Positions 11,205 through 23,541 of a stretch of 64,000 nucleotides of DNA are shown here, piece after piece (position 1 is the stretch's first letter; each line of letters begins with the position of its first letter). The stretch covers positions 62,001 through 126,000 of the forward strand of contig NW_027437439.1 of NCBI RefSeq assembly GCF_964204645.1. Reading direction: 5' to 3'. This DNA is from Tubulanus polymorphus. Taxonomy: Eukaryota > Animalia > Nemertea. Position numbers and translations under genes: made by a program. The notes under the pieces are model-generated. The model made no database searches and was not told the DNA's origin. It was given only the letters and a program-made list of their open reading frames with translations.

Positions 11205-12675
11205 TTATTTTTTGATATTTTTTGATATCATATTTACTAAACCAAAAATAATAGCACTTACAACTGTAATTAAAAATAAAATAATATGTTCAGCAGCAAA
11301 GTAAGAATATTACCTGCAGATTTCAATATAAAACCAACAATTGAAGCAATAACTCCTGGCAATGCTGCAGCAGATTTTTTAGATATTTCCCATAAATATT
11401 TTGCTAATTTCTTTAAACCATCCTTAACTTTATCTTGTATAGAATTATTACTTGGAGGTTTATTAGGAGTGGGAGTAGGAGTAGATTTCAAAGCATTTTA
11501 AATAGCTAAACCTATTATTGTAAATAACATAGTAACAGCTGTTAGAATTGAAAGAATTGTTATTCCTTCTAACTTAAATAATAACTTTATTCTGTCTTTT
11601 AATGATATTTCAGAATTTGGTTTAATCAACAAATCTTTAAAAATAACTTTTAATCTATTTATATTATAATCATATGATTTTAATAATAATTTAATTTCTT
11701 CTTTCTGTACTTCTAAATTATCTTTTAAATTACTAATTTCTTTTTCTAAATATGCATTTCTTTTTTTAAATTCAATTTCTTCAATAACTTTATTATCTCT
11801 ATCTAATTTAGGTGTTCTATTTCTTTATTTTTATCAGCTCTATCTTTTTCTAAAGTTCTAATTTTAAAATCTCTTATACTTTTATCATACGCAATTTTAT
11901 CAGATGCAAGTCTGATACTAATAATTTCTCTAATTGCTTTATCAGAAAATATATCTAAATCTTCTAATTCTTGATCTGTTGCATCAAGTAACCCATTCGG
12001 TAAAAGTTTTTCAATTGGAACTTTATTTGATTTAAGTTTACTAGTTTTGGAAGTTATATTCTGTTCAGAAGTTGTTTCTATTCGATCACTAAACTCTTCA
12101 TTTGTTATTAAATTATTTTCGATTGTTTTAAATAATTTAATAACATTACATTTAAATGTTATAAAATTTTCATCTCTTTCTTCTTGTGTAACATCAGTTA
12201 TTTCATTACTATTACTTATTCTTTTAATTTTAGATAGTTCTACCCTCGGCAAAGTTGATTCTGCTAATAATCTATTTCTATAAGTGATCTTAATATAATA
12301 ATCCGAATTATCTTTCGCACGATAATAAAATTCACCATTTAAATATTTTAAATCTGGCGCTAAAAGGTCGGCGCCTTCATCATTGACTAAAATTCCAGAT
12401 CTTTTTAAAATTGGTTTAATTTCATGAATAATTTCATTATATTCGTATTCTTTTCCTGTTAATTCTGATACTTCATTTTCAGTACTTATCTTTGAACGTG
12501 CATTTTTAACAAAATCATTAGTATCAGGTCTTGTTAAATTAGAATTATATGCTGATTCATCATCATTATCAATATTAGTTTTATTAAAATCGGTTTGTGG
12601 TTCATCATCAATATATCCTTCATTATCATTGTCCATGTCATCCAATGGAATATCTTCTCCACCTTCTACATCCAT
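11205..12675 (-). pseudogene. Acidic/coiled-coil protein with C-terminal membrane helices (copy A); frameshifts and stop
   Basis: After a frameshift at about 11805, ORF 11803-12675 continues as ...SLKDRIKLLFKLEGITILSILTAVTMLFTIIGLAI*NALKSTP...AAALPGVIASIVGFILK. There is an extra 1-bp deletion at about 11301. Confidence 0.75.
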
Positions 12676-12691
12676 TTACATAATAAAAAAA

Positions 12692-13992
12692 TTAAAATTT
12701 AAAATATAATATTCCTCCGATTACAATTTCTATACAAGTTATAGCTAATTTAGTATTTTCATGGGATTTATTATCATCATTTAGTTTAATTATATCATGT
12801 TGAATTTTATCAGTTCTATTATTTTCTGATGTATTGTAATCTTTTATTTTAGAATCATTATTTAATTTAATATTCTTAGTTTTAGTTTCTGTTGATTGAA
12901 TGTGTTTTTTATTTTTTTCACCTTCCATTAATTTTGGAGCAGTAATTATCTTTTTATTTATATCATTCAATCCAAATGAATTATTTATTGTTGCAGTTTT
13001 AATTAGATTATTATAACCAATTATATTTCCCATCTTTAATACTAAATCATTAGAAATAATTAATAGATTAGGGCCTATACAATAATTAAGTCTTACATGA
13101 GATTTATCTAAATAATTTTGATATCTTATAATGTTTTCTGGAATCGATCTATTTTTATCATTATGAATTGAATCTTCAAATAATACTTTGAATTGTTTTT
13201 GCGCATCGAATGAAGTGTTATCATTTCCAATTATTGGGGATCTTGTTTCAACTTGAGCGCCTAAAATACATATCAAATAAATTCTAATAGATTGATTTAT
13301 TCTTTGTATACCTGATTTTGTAAAACCTTCACCATTTTCTAAAATGAAATTAACCCAACCATTATTATTATCAATTTTATAATTATGATAAGCTGAAATT
13401 CTATGCATATAATCAATTCTTTTTATTTCATACTCTTCACCAACACCTTGCAATTTACCATGCGCTCTAAAATCGGAATTAATATTTATATTAAATTCAT
13501 TACATATTTTATAAAACTTGGATATATTAATATTATTATCCAATTCTTTAAAATATTTAGACCCGAGAAAGGACATTCTAATTCATTTAATATTATTCTG
13601 ATTTGAAAATATGTGTGAAATCTAAATATTGTGTGAATTAATTTTAAATCAGAATACTTCAAATTTTTATCTAAGTTATTTAAATGATCATTCCAACTAA
13701 TTCCGCATCCTGTTGTTGCACAATAAACAGCAAAATTTAATTGGTTCTGCCAATATTTCATATTAGATTTTACTTTATATATATGATATTCATCTCGAGT
13801 AAAAGTAACTTCATATGTATTAAATATATTTTCCATTTTAGAAATAAAAAACTGTGATTCATAAACATAAATTTCTAAATTAGTTAATGAATTTAAAACT
13901 ATATTTTTATATGTAATATTTTTCTTAAAATCTATTGCTGGAATATTATATTTAATTGATTTATTATATTGGAAAGCTTTTGGAAACCCCAT
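12692..13992 (-). pseudogene. Polinton hypothetical protein (QNQLNFAVYCATTGCG motif) with C-terminal TM (copy A); frameshift at about 13575
   Basis: Overlapping ORFs 13486-13992 and 12692-13576 join by a single frameshift. Confidence 0.75.
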
Positions 13993-14008
13993 TTATATAA
14001 TTAAAAAA

Positions 14009-14443
14009 TTAATAATTTATTAATTCTTTTAATAATTTATCTTGTTCTTCAACTGTTATATGACCATTTAAACTTATTATATAATCTAGTGTGTTCTTTA
14101 ATTTATTAATTTCTTTTATATTAGTTTTGATTTTTTCTTTATTACTTCTTATATTTAATTTTGAACTTATACCAGTTAAAACACTTGAACTTAATCCTAA
14201 TACACCAATTGATATAGCTAAAGGTGTTAATGGACTGAATATTGCTAAAAATGTTATTACAGAACTAATTGTAACCGAACCACTTATAATCAAATAATAT
14301 ATAATTTTACTTTTTAAATATTTTTTCTTTTTTATCTTTAAGTCACTTTCAAATTCTAATATTTGTTTTTCTAAATATGTTTTTAATTTAGTTTTATTTA
14401 TATCATGAGGAATAATATCAATACTATCAACTTTATCTTCCAT
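14009..14443 (-). CDS. Two-TM membrane protein, 144 aa (copy A)
   Basis: Two adjacent hydrophobic helices flanked by basic coiled coils; T7-N6-TAAATG start. Confidence 0.78.
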   Translation of the reverse strand: MEDKVDSIDIIPHDINKTKLKTYLEKQILEFESDLKIKKKKYLKSKIIYYLIISGSVTISSVITFLAIFSPLTPLAISIGVLGLSSSVLTGISSKLNIRSNKEKIKTNIKEINKLKNTLDYIISLNGHITVEEQDKLLKELINY

Positions 14444-14462
14444 TTATTTAGCAAAAAAATTA

Positions 14463-14885
14463 CTAATTAGTAAACTTATAAGCAACAAATATAACAATAA
14501 CAGTTCCACCTAAAATCCAAATTATTTCATATTTCTGTTGTTCTTTACTTGGGGTATAATAATCTGATAATTTAGGTTTGTATAGATGTAATTTTTCTTT
14601 ATTGGTTACTGCGTTATATAAACTCATTGCATCATCAACTGATTGAAAATCTCTGTGTGAAATCTTCTGATTATGTAATTCTTTATTGATGTAATCCATA
14701 TAGTTTTGTCTCTTTTCTCTATATTCTTCTGCAGCTTTATTGTATTTCTCTAACGCTAAGTTATGTCTTCTTTGTTCTCCTAATGAACTATTTTTATCAA
14801 TATGTTTAAATAAATATCCACCACCAGTAAATGCTAAAGCGTTAACAATTGCTGATCCTATAATAGTTATAATTGCAGAAGCCAT
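14463..14885 (-). CDS. Polinton membrane protein, 140 aa (copy A)
   Basis: Hydrophobic N-terminus (IGSAIVNALAFTGGGYLF), RRHNLALEKY coiled coil, C-terminal TM. Confidence 0.78.
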   Translation of the reverse strand: MASAIITIIGSAIVNALAFTGGGYLFKHIDKNSSLGEQRRHNLALEKYNKAAEEYREKRQNYMDYINKELHNQKISHRDFQSVDDAMSLYNAVTNKEKLHLYKPKLSDYYTPSKEQQKYEIIWILGGTVIVIFVAYKFTN

Positions 14886-15238
14886 TTATTTAACAAAAAA
14901 ATTGTGTATTTATATGGGAGGAATATATTTTTGTTTTTCCAAATAATCAATAGTTAAATTAGATAAAGTAACTGCTAATGTTAACTTTAAAATATCATTT
15001 ATATCAAATCTATCAACATTAACACTTCCCATTTTGAATACTTTTTTTAATACCATTGAATAACCAACAGTTCCAATCGAGGGATTCTAACGTATAAAGT
15101 TTCATCGGAATTAATATTTGAAGGGTTATGAGTAATTATATGATGTGATCTTTCTGCTTTAATAGCATTAGATATTCTATGATTCTTAGAAGGATTGATA
15201 TAACTCCCACTCATTTATTTAACAAAAAAATTAATTAT

Positions 15239-16710
15239 TTATTTTTTGATATTTTTTGATATCATATTTACTAAACCAAAAATAATAGCACTTACAACTG
15301 TAATTAAAAATAAAATAATATGTTCAGCAGCAAAGTTAAGAATATTACCTGCAGATTTCAATATAAAACCAACAATTGAAGCAATAACTCCTGGCAATGC
15401 TGCAGCAGATTTTTTAGATATTTCCCATAAATATTTTGCTAATTTCTTTAAACCATCCTTAACTTTATCTTGTATAGAATTATTACTTGGAGGTTTATTA
15501 GGAGTGGGAGTAGGAGTAGATTTCAAAGCATTTTAAATAGCTAAACCTATTATTGTAAATAACATAGTAACAGCTGTTAGAATTGAAAGAATTGTTATTC
15601 CTTCTAACTTAAATAATAACTTTATTCTGTCTTTTAATGATATTTCAGAATTTGGTTTAATCAACAAATCTTTAAAAATAACTTTTAATCTATTTATATT
15701 ATAATCATATGATTTTAATAATAATTTAATTTCTTCTTTCTGTACTTCTAAATTATCTTTTAAATTACTAATTTCTTTTTCTAAATATGCATTTCTTTTT
15801 TTAAATTCAATTTCTTCAATAACTTTATTATCTCTATCTAATTTAGGTGTTCTATTTCTTTATTTTTATCAGCTCTATCTTTTTCTAAAGTTCTAATTTT
15901 AAAATCTCTTATACTTTTATCATACGCAATTTTATCAGATGCAAGTCTTATACTAATAATTTCTCTAATTGCTTTATCAGAAAACATATCTAAATCTTCT
16001 AATTCTTGATCTGTTGCATCAAGTAACCCATTCGGTAAAAGTTTTTCAATTGGAACTTTATTTGATTTAAGTTTACTAGTTTTGGAAGTTATATTCTGTT
16101 CAGAAGTTGTTTCTATTCGATCACTAAACTCTTCATTTGTTATTAAATTATTTTCGATTGTTTTAAATAATTTAATAACATTACATTTAAATGTTATAAA
16201 ATTTTCATCTCTTTCTTCTTGTGTAACATCAGTTATTTCATTACTATTACTTATTCTTTTAATTTTAGATAGTTCTACCCTCGACAAAGTTGATTCTGCT
16301 AATAATCTATTTCTATAAGTGATCTTAATATAATAATCCGAATTATCTTTCGCACGATAATAAAATTCACCATTTAAATATTTTAAATCTGGCGCTAAAA
16401 GGTCGGCGCCTTCATCATTGACTAAAATTCCAGATCTTTTTAAAATTGGTTTAATTTCATGAATAATTTCATTATATTCGTATTCTTTTCCTGTTAATTC
16501 TGATACTTCATTTTCAGTACTTATCTCTGAACGTGCATTTTTAACAAAATCATTAGTATCAGGTCTTGTTAAATTAGAATTATATGCTGATTCATCATCA
16601 TTATCAATATTAGTTTTATTAAAATCGGTTTGTGGTTCATCATCAATATATCCTTCATTATCATTGTCCATGTCATCCAATGGAATATCTTCTCCACCTT
16701 CTACATCCAT
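15239..16710 (-). pseudogene. Acidic/coiled-coil protein with C-terminal membrane helices (copy B)
   Basis: Duplicate of 11205-12675. Shares the frameshift and internal stop but lacks the extra deletion. Confidence 0.75.
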
Positions 16711-16732
16711 TTACATAATAAAAAAATTAAAA

Positions 16733-18027
16733 TTAAAAATATAATATTCCTCCGATTACAATTCCTATACAAGTTATAGCTAATTTAGTATTTTCATGGG
16801 ATTTATTATCATCATTTAGTTTAATTATATCATGTTGAATTTTATCAGTTCTATTATTTTCTGATGTATTGTAATCTTTTATTTTAGAATCATTATTTAA
16901 TTTAATATTCTTAGTTTTAGTTTCTGTTGATTGAATGTGTTTTTTATTTTTTTCACCTTCCATTAATTTTGGAGCAGTAATTATCTTTTTATTTATATCA
17001 TTCAATCCAAATGAATTATTTATTGTTGCAGTTTTAATTAGATTATTATAACCAATTATATTTCCCATCTTTAATACTAAATCATTAGAAATAATTAATA
17101 GATTAGGGCCTATACAATAATTAAGTCTTACATGAGATTTATCTAAATAATTTTGATATCTTATAATGTTTTCTGGAATCGATCTATTTTTATCATTATG
17201 AATTGAATCTTCAAATAATACTTTGAATTGTTTTTGCGCATCGAATGAAGTGTTATCATTTCCAATTATTGGGGATCTTGTTTCAACTTGAGCGCCTAAA
17301 ATACATATCAAATAAATTCTAATAGATTGATTTATTCTTTGTATACCTGATTTTGTAAAACCTTCACCATTTTCTAAAATGAAATTAACCCAACCATTAT
17401 TATTATCAATTTTATAATTATGATAAGCTGAAATTCTATGCATATAATCAATTCTTTTTATTTCATACTCTTCACCAACACCTTGCAATTTACCATGCGC
17501 TCTAAAATCGGAATTAATATTTATATTAAATTCATTACATATTTTATAAAACTTGGATATATTAATATTATTATCCAATTCTTTAAAATATTTAGACCCG
17601 AGAAAGGACATTCTAATTCATTTAATATTATTCTGATTTGAAAATATGTGTGAAATCTAAATATTGTGTGAATTAATTTTAAATCAGAATACTTCAAATT
17701 TTTATCTAAGTTATTTAAATGATCATTCCAACTAATTCCGCATCCTGTTGTTGCACAATAAACAGCAAAATTTAATTGGTTCTGCCAATATTTCATATTA
17801 GATTTTACTTTATATATATGATATTCATCTCGAGTAAAAGTAACTTCATATGTATTAAATATATTTTCCATTTTAGAAATAAAAAACTGTGATTCATTAA
17901 CATAAATTTCTAAATTAGTTAATGAATTTAAAACTATATTTTTATATGTAATATTTTTCTTAAAATCTATTGCTGGAATATTATATTTAATTGATTTATT
18001 ATATTGGAAAGCTTTTGGAAACCCCAT
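16733..18027 (-). pseudogene. Polinton hypothetical protein (copy B), frameshifted
   Basis: Duplicate of 12692-13992 with the same frameshift. Confidence 0.75.
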
Positions 18028-18042
18028 TTATATAATCAAAAA

Positions 18043-18477
18043 TTAATAATTTATTAATTCTTTTAATAATTTATCTTGTTCTTCAACTGTTATATGACCA
18101 TTTAAACTTATTATATAATCTAGTGTGTTCTTTAATTTATTAATTTCTTTTATATTAGTTTTGATTTTTTCTTTATTACTTCTTATATTTAATTTTGAAT
18201 TTATACCAGTTAAAACACTTGAACTTAATCCTAATACACCAATTGATATAGCTAAAGGTGTTAATGGACTGAATATTGCTAAAAATGTTATTACAGAACT
18301 AATTGTAACCGAACCACTTATAATCAAATAATATATAATTTTACTTTTTAAATATTTTTTCTTTTTTATCTTTAAGTCACTTTCAAATTCTAATATTTGT
18401 TTTTCTAAATATGTTTTTAATTTAGTTTTATTTATATCATGAGGAATAATATCAATACTATCAACTTTATCTTCCAT
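18043..18477 (-). CDS. Two-TM membrane protein, 144 aa (copy B)
   Basis: Duplicate of 14009-14443 (one S/N difference). Confidence 0.78.
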   Translation of the reverse strand: MEDKVDSIDIIPHDINKTKLKTYLEKQILEFESDLKIKKKKYLKSKIIYYLIISGSVTISSVITFLAIFSPLTPLAISIGVLGLSSSVLTGINSKLNIRSNKEKIKTNIKEINKLKNTLDYIISLNGHITVEEQDKLLKELINY

Positions 18478-18496
18478 TTATTTAGCAAAAAAATTA

Positions 18497-18919
18497 CTAA
18501 TTAGTAAACTTATAAGCAACAAATATAACAATAACAGTTCCACCTAAAATCCAAATTATTTCATATTTCTGTTGTTCTTTACTTGGGGTATAATAATCTG
18601 ATAATTTAGGTTTGTATAGATGTAATTTTTCTTTATTGGTTACTGCGTTATATAAACTCATTGCATCATCAACTGATTGAAAATCTCTGTGTGAAATCTT
18701 CTGATTATGTAATTCTTTATTGATGTAATCCATATAGTTTTGTCTCTTTTCTCTATATTCTTCTGCAGCTTTATTGTATTTCTCTAACGCTAAGTTATGT
18801 CTTCTTTGTTCTCCTAATGAACTATTTTTATCAATATGTTTAAATAAATATCCACCACCAGTAAATGCTAAAGCGTTAACAATTGCTGATCCTATAATAG
18901 TTATAATTGCAGAAGCCAT
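18497..18919 (-). CDS. Polinton membrane protein, 140 aa (copy B)
   Basis: Identical protein to 14463-14885. Confidence 0.78.
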   Translation of the reverse strand: MASAIITIIGSAIVNALAFTGGGYLFKHIDKNSSLGEQRRHNLALEKYNKAAEEYREKRQNYMDYINKELHNQKISHRDFQSVDDAMSLYNAVTNKEKLHLYKPKLSDYYTPSKEQQKYEIIWILGGTVIVIFVAYKFTN

Positions 18920-18943
18920 TTATTTAACAAAAAAATTGTGTAT

Positions 18944-19165
18944 TTATATGGGAGGAATATATTTTTGTTTTTCCAAATAATCAATAGTTAAATTAGATAA
19001 AGTAACTGCTAATGTTAACTTTAAAATATCATTTATATCAAATCTATCAACATTAACACTTCCCATTTTGAATACTTTTTTTAATACCATTGAATAACCA
19101 ACAGTTCCAACTGATAGTAATGCACCATTATATAATCCAGTTATTATCCACTTATTATCACTCAT
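18944..19165 (-). CDS. Small hydrophobic protein, 73 aa
   Basis: Intact ORF with T7-N6-TAAATG start. A 5'-truncated copy lies at about 14910-15076. Confidence 0.72.
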   Translation of the reverse strand: MSDNKWIITGLYNGALLSVGTVGYSMVLKKVFKMGSVNVDRFDINDILKLTLAVTLSNLTIDYLEKQKYIPPI

Positions 19166-19507
19166 TTATTTATCAAAAAAATTACTATCATCAAAATATT
19201 TAGTTAACTTATTTATGATTAATTCAACATTTATTTTATTACTAGTTTTATGATTATCATATATTTTGGATAATATGTTTTTAATATCATCAATAATTCC
19301 ATCTTCATTTAATTCATAATATTCTAAAGGTGATTTAATTAAATCAATTACTTTTTCTATATTATACTTTTCTTTATCAATCATTGATGCATTGTTAAAT
19401 GATTTACTTTTTATATCAGTAATTACATCATTTAGTTTAATTCTCATTTCTTTACCATGTTTAAAATCAAACCCAAAACATATACTCGGTCCAACAGTTA
19501 TATTCAT
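19166..19507 (-). CDS. Polinton hypothetical protein, 113 aa
   Basis: Intact ORF, T7-N7-TAAATG start; its stop abuts the next ATG. Confidence 0.7.
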   Translation of the reverse strand: MNITVGPSICFGFDFKHGKEMRIKLNDVITDIKSKSFNNASMIDKEKYNIEKVIDLIKSPLEYYELNEDGIIDDIKNILSKIYDNHKTSNKINVELIINKLTKYFDDSNFFDK

Positions 19508-19524
19508 TTATATAGTGAAAAAAA

Positions 19525-20283
19525 TTACTCTCTACATCTTATAACTAATTCATAAATTACAGGGAAATTATTTAAATCAATTAAGTATCCATTATGATTT
19601 CTAATTTCTAATCTAAAATTATTAAATTTAGGAATGCAAGGTTTGAAATCACATTCTGTTAAATTATAATTTATTTGCGTTCCAAATTCTTTAACATTCT
19701 TCAATGGTAAAATGTTTAGTAAACCAGAATTACAAGTTATATCTTTAGTTGCTTCAAATGTTTTTGTAGGATCGATTAAATTGCAATAAATATAAAAATG
19801 TGTAAAAGGCATTATATTTGGTGTAGCATCAGCATTGAGTATCCTTATATCTGGGGTTATTCCTAAAATTTTAGCTAAAGGTTTTTTAACTAGAAATTGA
19901 TGTTGATCTTCATTACCTAATTGTATTCTTATTTTATCAGAACTATCACTTTTAATCAGTCTTAATCCAAATCCAGCAGATGCACCCATTTTTAACCGAG
20001 CTCTTCTATTAATTTCTTGAGCTAATGTATCTAAATTATATAATCCTGGTTTAAGATAAAGATGAAACCATTTACTTTTATTTCTATCATGAATTAAAAA
20101 GACTCTATGTTCAATAGACTTATCCGATACATTGTAAAAAGAATTACATAAACTTATATTTACTAATTTTAAATCAACACAATTTTTGAATTCTCTGTCT
20201 AATTGTACTAATAAATTATGTGATTTATAATTTGTAAGTTTTCTAGAATCAACAAATATTCTGTATTCTTTTAATTCCGCCAT
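19525..20283 (-). CDS. Minor capsid protein (penton, single jelly-roll)
   Basis: LKLVNISLCNSFYNVS, LKPGLYNL, FYIYCNLID, LLNILPL and FRLEIRNHNGYLIDLNNFPVIYELVIR match the Polinton mCP pattern. Confidence 0.85.
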   Translation of the reverse strand: MAELKEYRIFVDSRKLTNYKSHNLLVQLDREFKNCVDLKLVNISLCNSFYNVSDKSIEHRVFLIHDRNKSKWFHLYLKPGLYNLDTLAQEINRRARLKMGASAGFGLRLIKSDSSDKIRIQLGNEDQHQFLVKKPLAKILGITPDIRILNADATPNIMPFTHFYIYCNLIDPTKTFEATKDITCNSGLLNILPLKNVKEFGTQINYNLTECDFKPCIPKFNNFRLEIRNHNGYLIDLNNFPVIYELVIRCRE

Positions 20284-20300
20284 TTATTTTACATATTTTC

Positions 20301-20642
20301 TCATTCGAAATCTATTTCATGGTGTCCTTTTTCATTCTTACCTTTATATACGAAATAGAAATCTCCAGAACATAATTCTTCTAGATCTTCACTTGATAAT
20401 CTATGAAATCTATCTGGTAAATAAGTTCTGAATTTATGTGTATTTCCTTTTAATCCTTCATATTCTAAGTGTATAACTAATTTATCTCCATATTTGTTAG
20501 TAACTGTAACAATATTTGTAATTAAATATTTCTTGTGAATTGTTAATTCTGTTAACTTTTTGAATTTATAATCTACAGATTTTACATTTGTGGTATCTTT
20601 AATTCTATCTAAGAATTCACTGTGTACTTGTTTACTCTCCAT
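20301..20642 (-). CDS. Small beta-rich protein, possibly an OB-fold ssDNA-binding protein
   Basis: FKKLTEL...YLITNI..V.NKYGDKLVIHL...RTYLPDRF...FVYKGK pattern; lies directly downstream of pPolB. Confidence 0.6.
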   Translation of the reverse strand: MESKQVHSEFLDRIKDTTNVKSVDYKFKKLTELTIHKKYLITNIVTVTNKYGDKLVIHLEYEGLKGNTHKFRTYLPDRFHRLSSEDLEELCSGDFYFVYKGKNEKGHHEIDFE

Positions 20643-23487
20643 TTATTATACAAATTTTTATTGAAATTTATTAACACGTTAGAATCCTTTTCATAATTTC
20701 ATTTTCTTTTGTTTCTTCTCTTTTGAATTTCATATATTCATCTAAATTACAACCATAGGCGACTGTGTGGATTCCATCATCTAAAATATATCTTTTATCA
20801 TCAAATGGGTTTAGACTTATCTTCTCTATCTCTTCAATATACATTTCATGATCTTCAGATCTTAAACATTTCATTTTATGTTTTCTAACTTCTTCATTAA
20901 ATATACAATTGATGTAATCTTTGAAATGAATATTCTTTTCTACTACACTTTTAGTAATTCCTTTTAACTTTTTAGCTTCATGTTCTTTAGTTTTATAACT
21001 ATACATTTTAGATCTAATAACAATGAACTCTATCATTTCTTCACCACCTAATTTATCCTTAAACTTCCCTGGAACTTTTTTATTATCATTGCTAAACAAT
21101 TCATGATTTTTTGGATAGTTACTAAAATCAAAATGATGTTTTAATGATTTTAAATCATCTTTTATATTATCACTTTTTATCTTTAATATATAACTGTCAG
21201 TATCTAGATATAATATTTCTATATTTTTTTCTCCAAAATGGGGTTGTAATATGTTATAGTAAAATTGATACATTAATAATTTTGAAATTTCTAGATGCAC
21301 CAACATAAATAGGTTTATTGAACTTCATAGAAGTTCTCCTCATTTTAACTGCTGCTAAATTTTCATCAAATATTCTGTTGCCTATGAATTTCGGATACGA
21401 TTGTAAATGTCTAATTCTTTTACCATTACTAACTAACTCAATATCACTTCTATTTCTTATGTTTTCACATGTTTTTCCATAAAATGCATTATTCATTAAC
21501 TTAAAAAAATCCTTCTCAAAATCAGTTTTAGCTTCAGTTCTCTGTGTAGTATTAAAATCTATATATTTTTCTAACCACTTAGATTGATTAAATGAAATAT
21601 ATCTATGTACTTTTTTTAATATCATTCCTTGATTCAAATAAAACTTCAACATTCTATAATGTACTACATAATTATATTTATCTTCTTGAGTTACCATTAA
21701 CTTTTCAGTATGAACATGATTATCGGGTTTAATTCTTTTTTGATAATTTGATAATTCTTCATGTTTAACAATTTTATGTTCGGGACAATATGCTAAATTT
21801 CTAGATTTGAATTCAATATTTTCGGGGTATTCTAAATCTACAACAAAGAAGTAACCAATATCTGAATCATCTGCAATATCTAGGATTCTTTTCTTCCAAT
21901 CAAATTTATCAATTTGTAAAACTTCAGTTATTTCAAACATCCCATAAGGTTGTGGTTCCATCATTGCCCAACCATAAAGGTTATTTGCATCTATGTATAA
22001 TAATTTATATCCAGGATTATCATTTACATTGAAATATCTATCACCCAATACACCTGAAACACCTCCTCTTATAGATTTTTCAAATAATAGTAATTGATCT
22101 ATATTTGTTAACAAATCCATTTTTATATCTGTAAATTTTAATCCACAATCCCATGTTAATCCTGGTGATGAATAACAATGACAAGGATCAATATTGAAAT
22201 ATTTTAGGTTTACATCTCTAAACCTTTCGAATATATCGGTTAATAATAATACATCTGATTTTAAATATAAATCTACTAATTGTCCATGATTTTTAATTTC
22301 AAAATGATTCCAAATATTCAATGTTCTATTATAAACTTCATCTTTAACATATTCATTTTTTAATTCATCATAGAATTGTTCTTTCAATAATTCAGTTATT
22401 TTAAAATCATTATGATTTTTATAGAAAGAATATGGAATTGCTCCTTTATATCTCATTAATTTAAAATCATCATAATTTGGGTAATATTCTTTTAATATTT
22501 TTAATTCATCATCAACTAATGATTTTGATAAGTTATCTAATGAACTATTTAAAAATCTATATGAATCTATAAATCTTAGACAACCAAATTGGAATATATA
22601 ATTCTCAGATGTTTTAGCTAACATTCTAAATTTATAAGTTGGTATTTTATCTTTTGATCTATTTGAATTTAATATTTCTATTTCATTATTGATTTCTTCT
22701 ATTTTATGACATAGTTGCTTAATGAATAAATGCGCGTCATATCCTGATAGATTATGAAATATAACTGGTACAAAATTAATTTTCTTAGCTTGTAAGTTAC
22801 AATTCTCATGTGCAGCGCCTCTAAACTTTCCGTTCAAATGATCATGGTCTCTTACTTTTTTATCTTTATAATTAAATATCTTTTCACAATAATAACATTT
22901 ATCTGTAAACTCAAATACTTCTTTATCTTCTTCTGTCATAATTATTTCTTTATTTTCATTTAACTTTTCATTAAATTTTATTTCATATTCAATTAATAAG
23001 TCACAAAAATGATTGATAACATTTTCATTTCTATAATGATAATATTCACTTTCAATTAGTTCTGGATAATCAGATTTTATATATAACCCGAAAGCAGCAG
23101 CTGATTGATGAATCTTTTTAATAGTATTTGTTTTTGGTGGTTCTTCTGAATAATCACTTTCATTAGAATTTAATTTCTTTCTTTCATAATATATATCTTT
23201 TCTATCTTTATCTGTTAATTCTTTATTTAATGATTCAAAATCTCCATATATTACAAATGGTACTTTATTTTTGTAATCATATTTTTTGAATTCTAATATT
23301 TTATCCTTTTCATTTGGTAAAACTAATTTACAATAATCATGATTATCACATAGTTGTTTATGATTTAATAATGTACTTTCATTACTAAATTTATGTAAAC
23401 ATTTTCTACATAGATATATTTTATTATCCGAATAACCATAGAAGCGATAACATTAAAAACCTCATTTTCTAATGAGTAACTACAGTT

Positions 23488-23535
23488 TATTAACACGAAC
23501 GTTTTCGGGATCATATCCCCTCATCAGGTGAAATA
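23488..23535 (-). ncRNA. Inverted copy of the Penelope hammerhead ribozyme
   Basis: Reverse complement of 24667-24714. Confidence 0.75.
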
Positions 23536-23541
23536 CAAGAG

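Larger units (their letters stand above)
11041..19110. repeat. 4,034-bp tandem duplication inside the Polinton (11041-15076 and 15075-19110)
   Basis: Near-identical ORF pairs at about 4,034-bp offset. The junction acagttcc-AA-tcgaggg has 2-bp microhomology. Confidence 0.96.

Noticed and set aside
6589-12675. Stop-codon reassignment or readthrough (four in-frame TAA codons in the integrase, zinc-finger, MCP and coiled-coil genes)
   Set aside because: TAA is also the normal terminator of most element genes and frameshifts co-occur, so ordinary pseudogenisation in AT-rich DNA is sufficient.
15048-15214. New chimeric MCP fusion gene at the duplication junction
   Set aside because: The fusion is out of frame and stops 9 codons after the junction.
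3009-18980. Short antisense ORFs overlapping Polinton genes (e.g. 3009-3335, 4507-4944, 12047-12283, 14740-14946)
   Set aside because: Shadow frames of AT-rich coding sequence, mostly with non-ATG starts, and lacking the TAAATG signature or domain motifs.
11181-19530. T-run motifs as spliced-leader trans-splice acceptors, or TAAATG as mere stop-start coupling
   Set aside because: No AG follows the T runs. The TAA of TAAATG is the upstream gene's stop only at 19165/19166 (and possibly before 3321).
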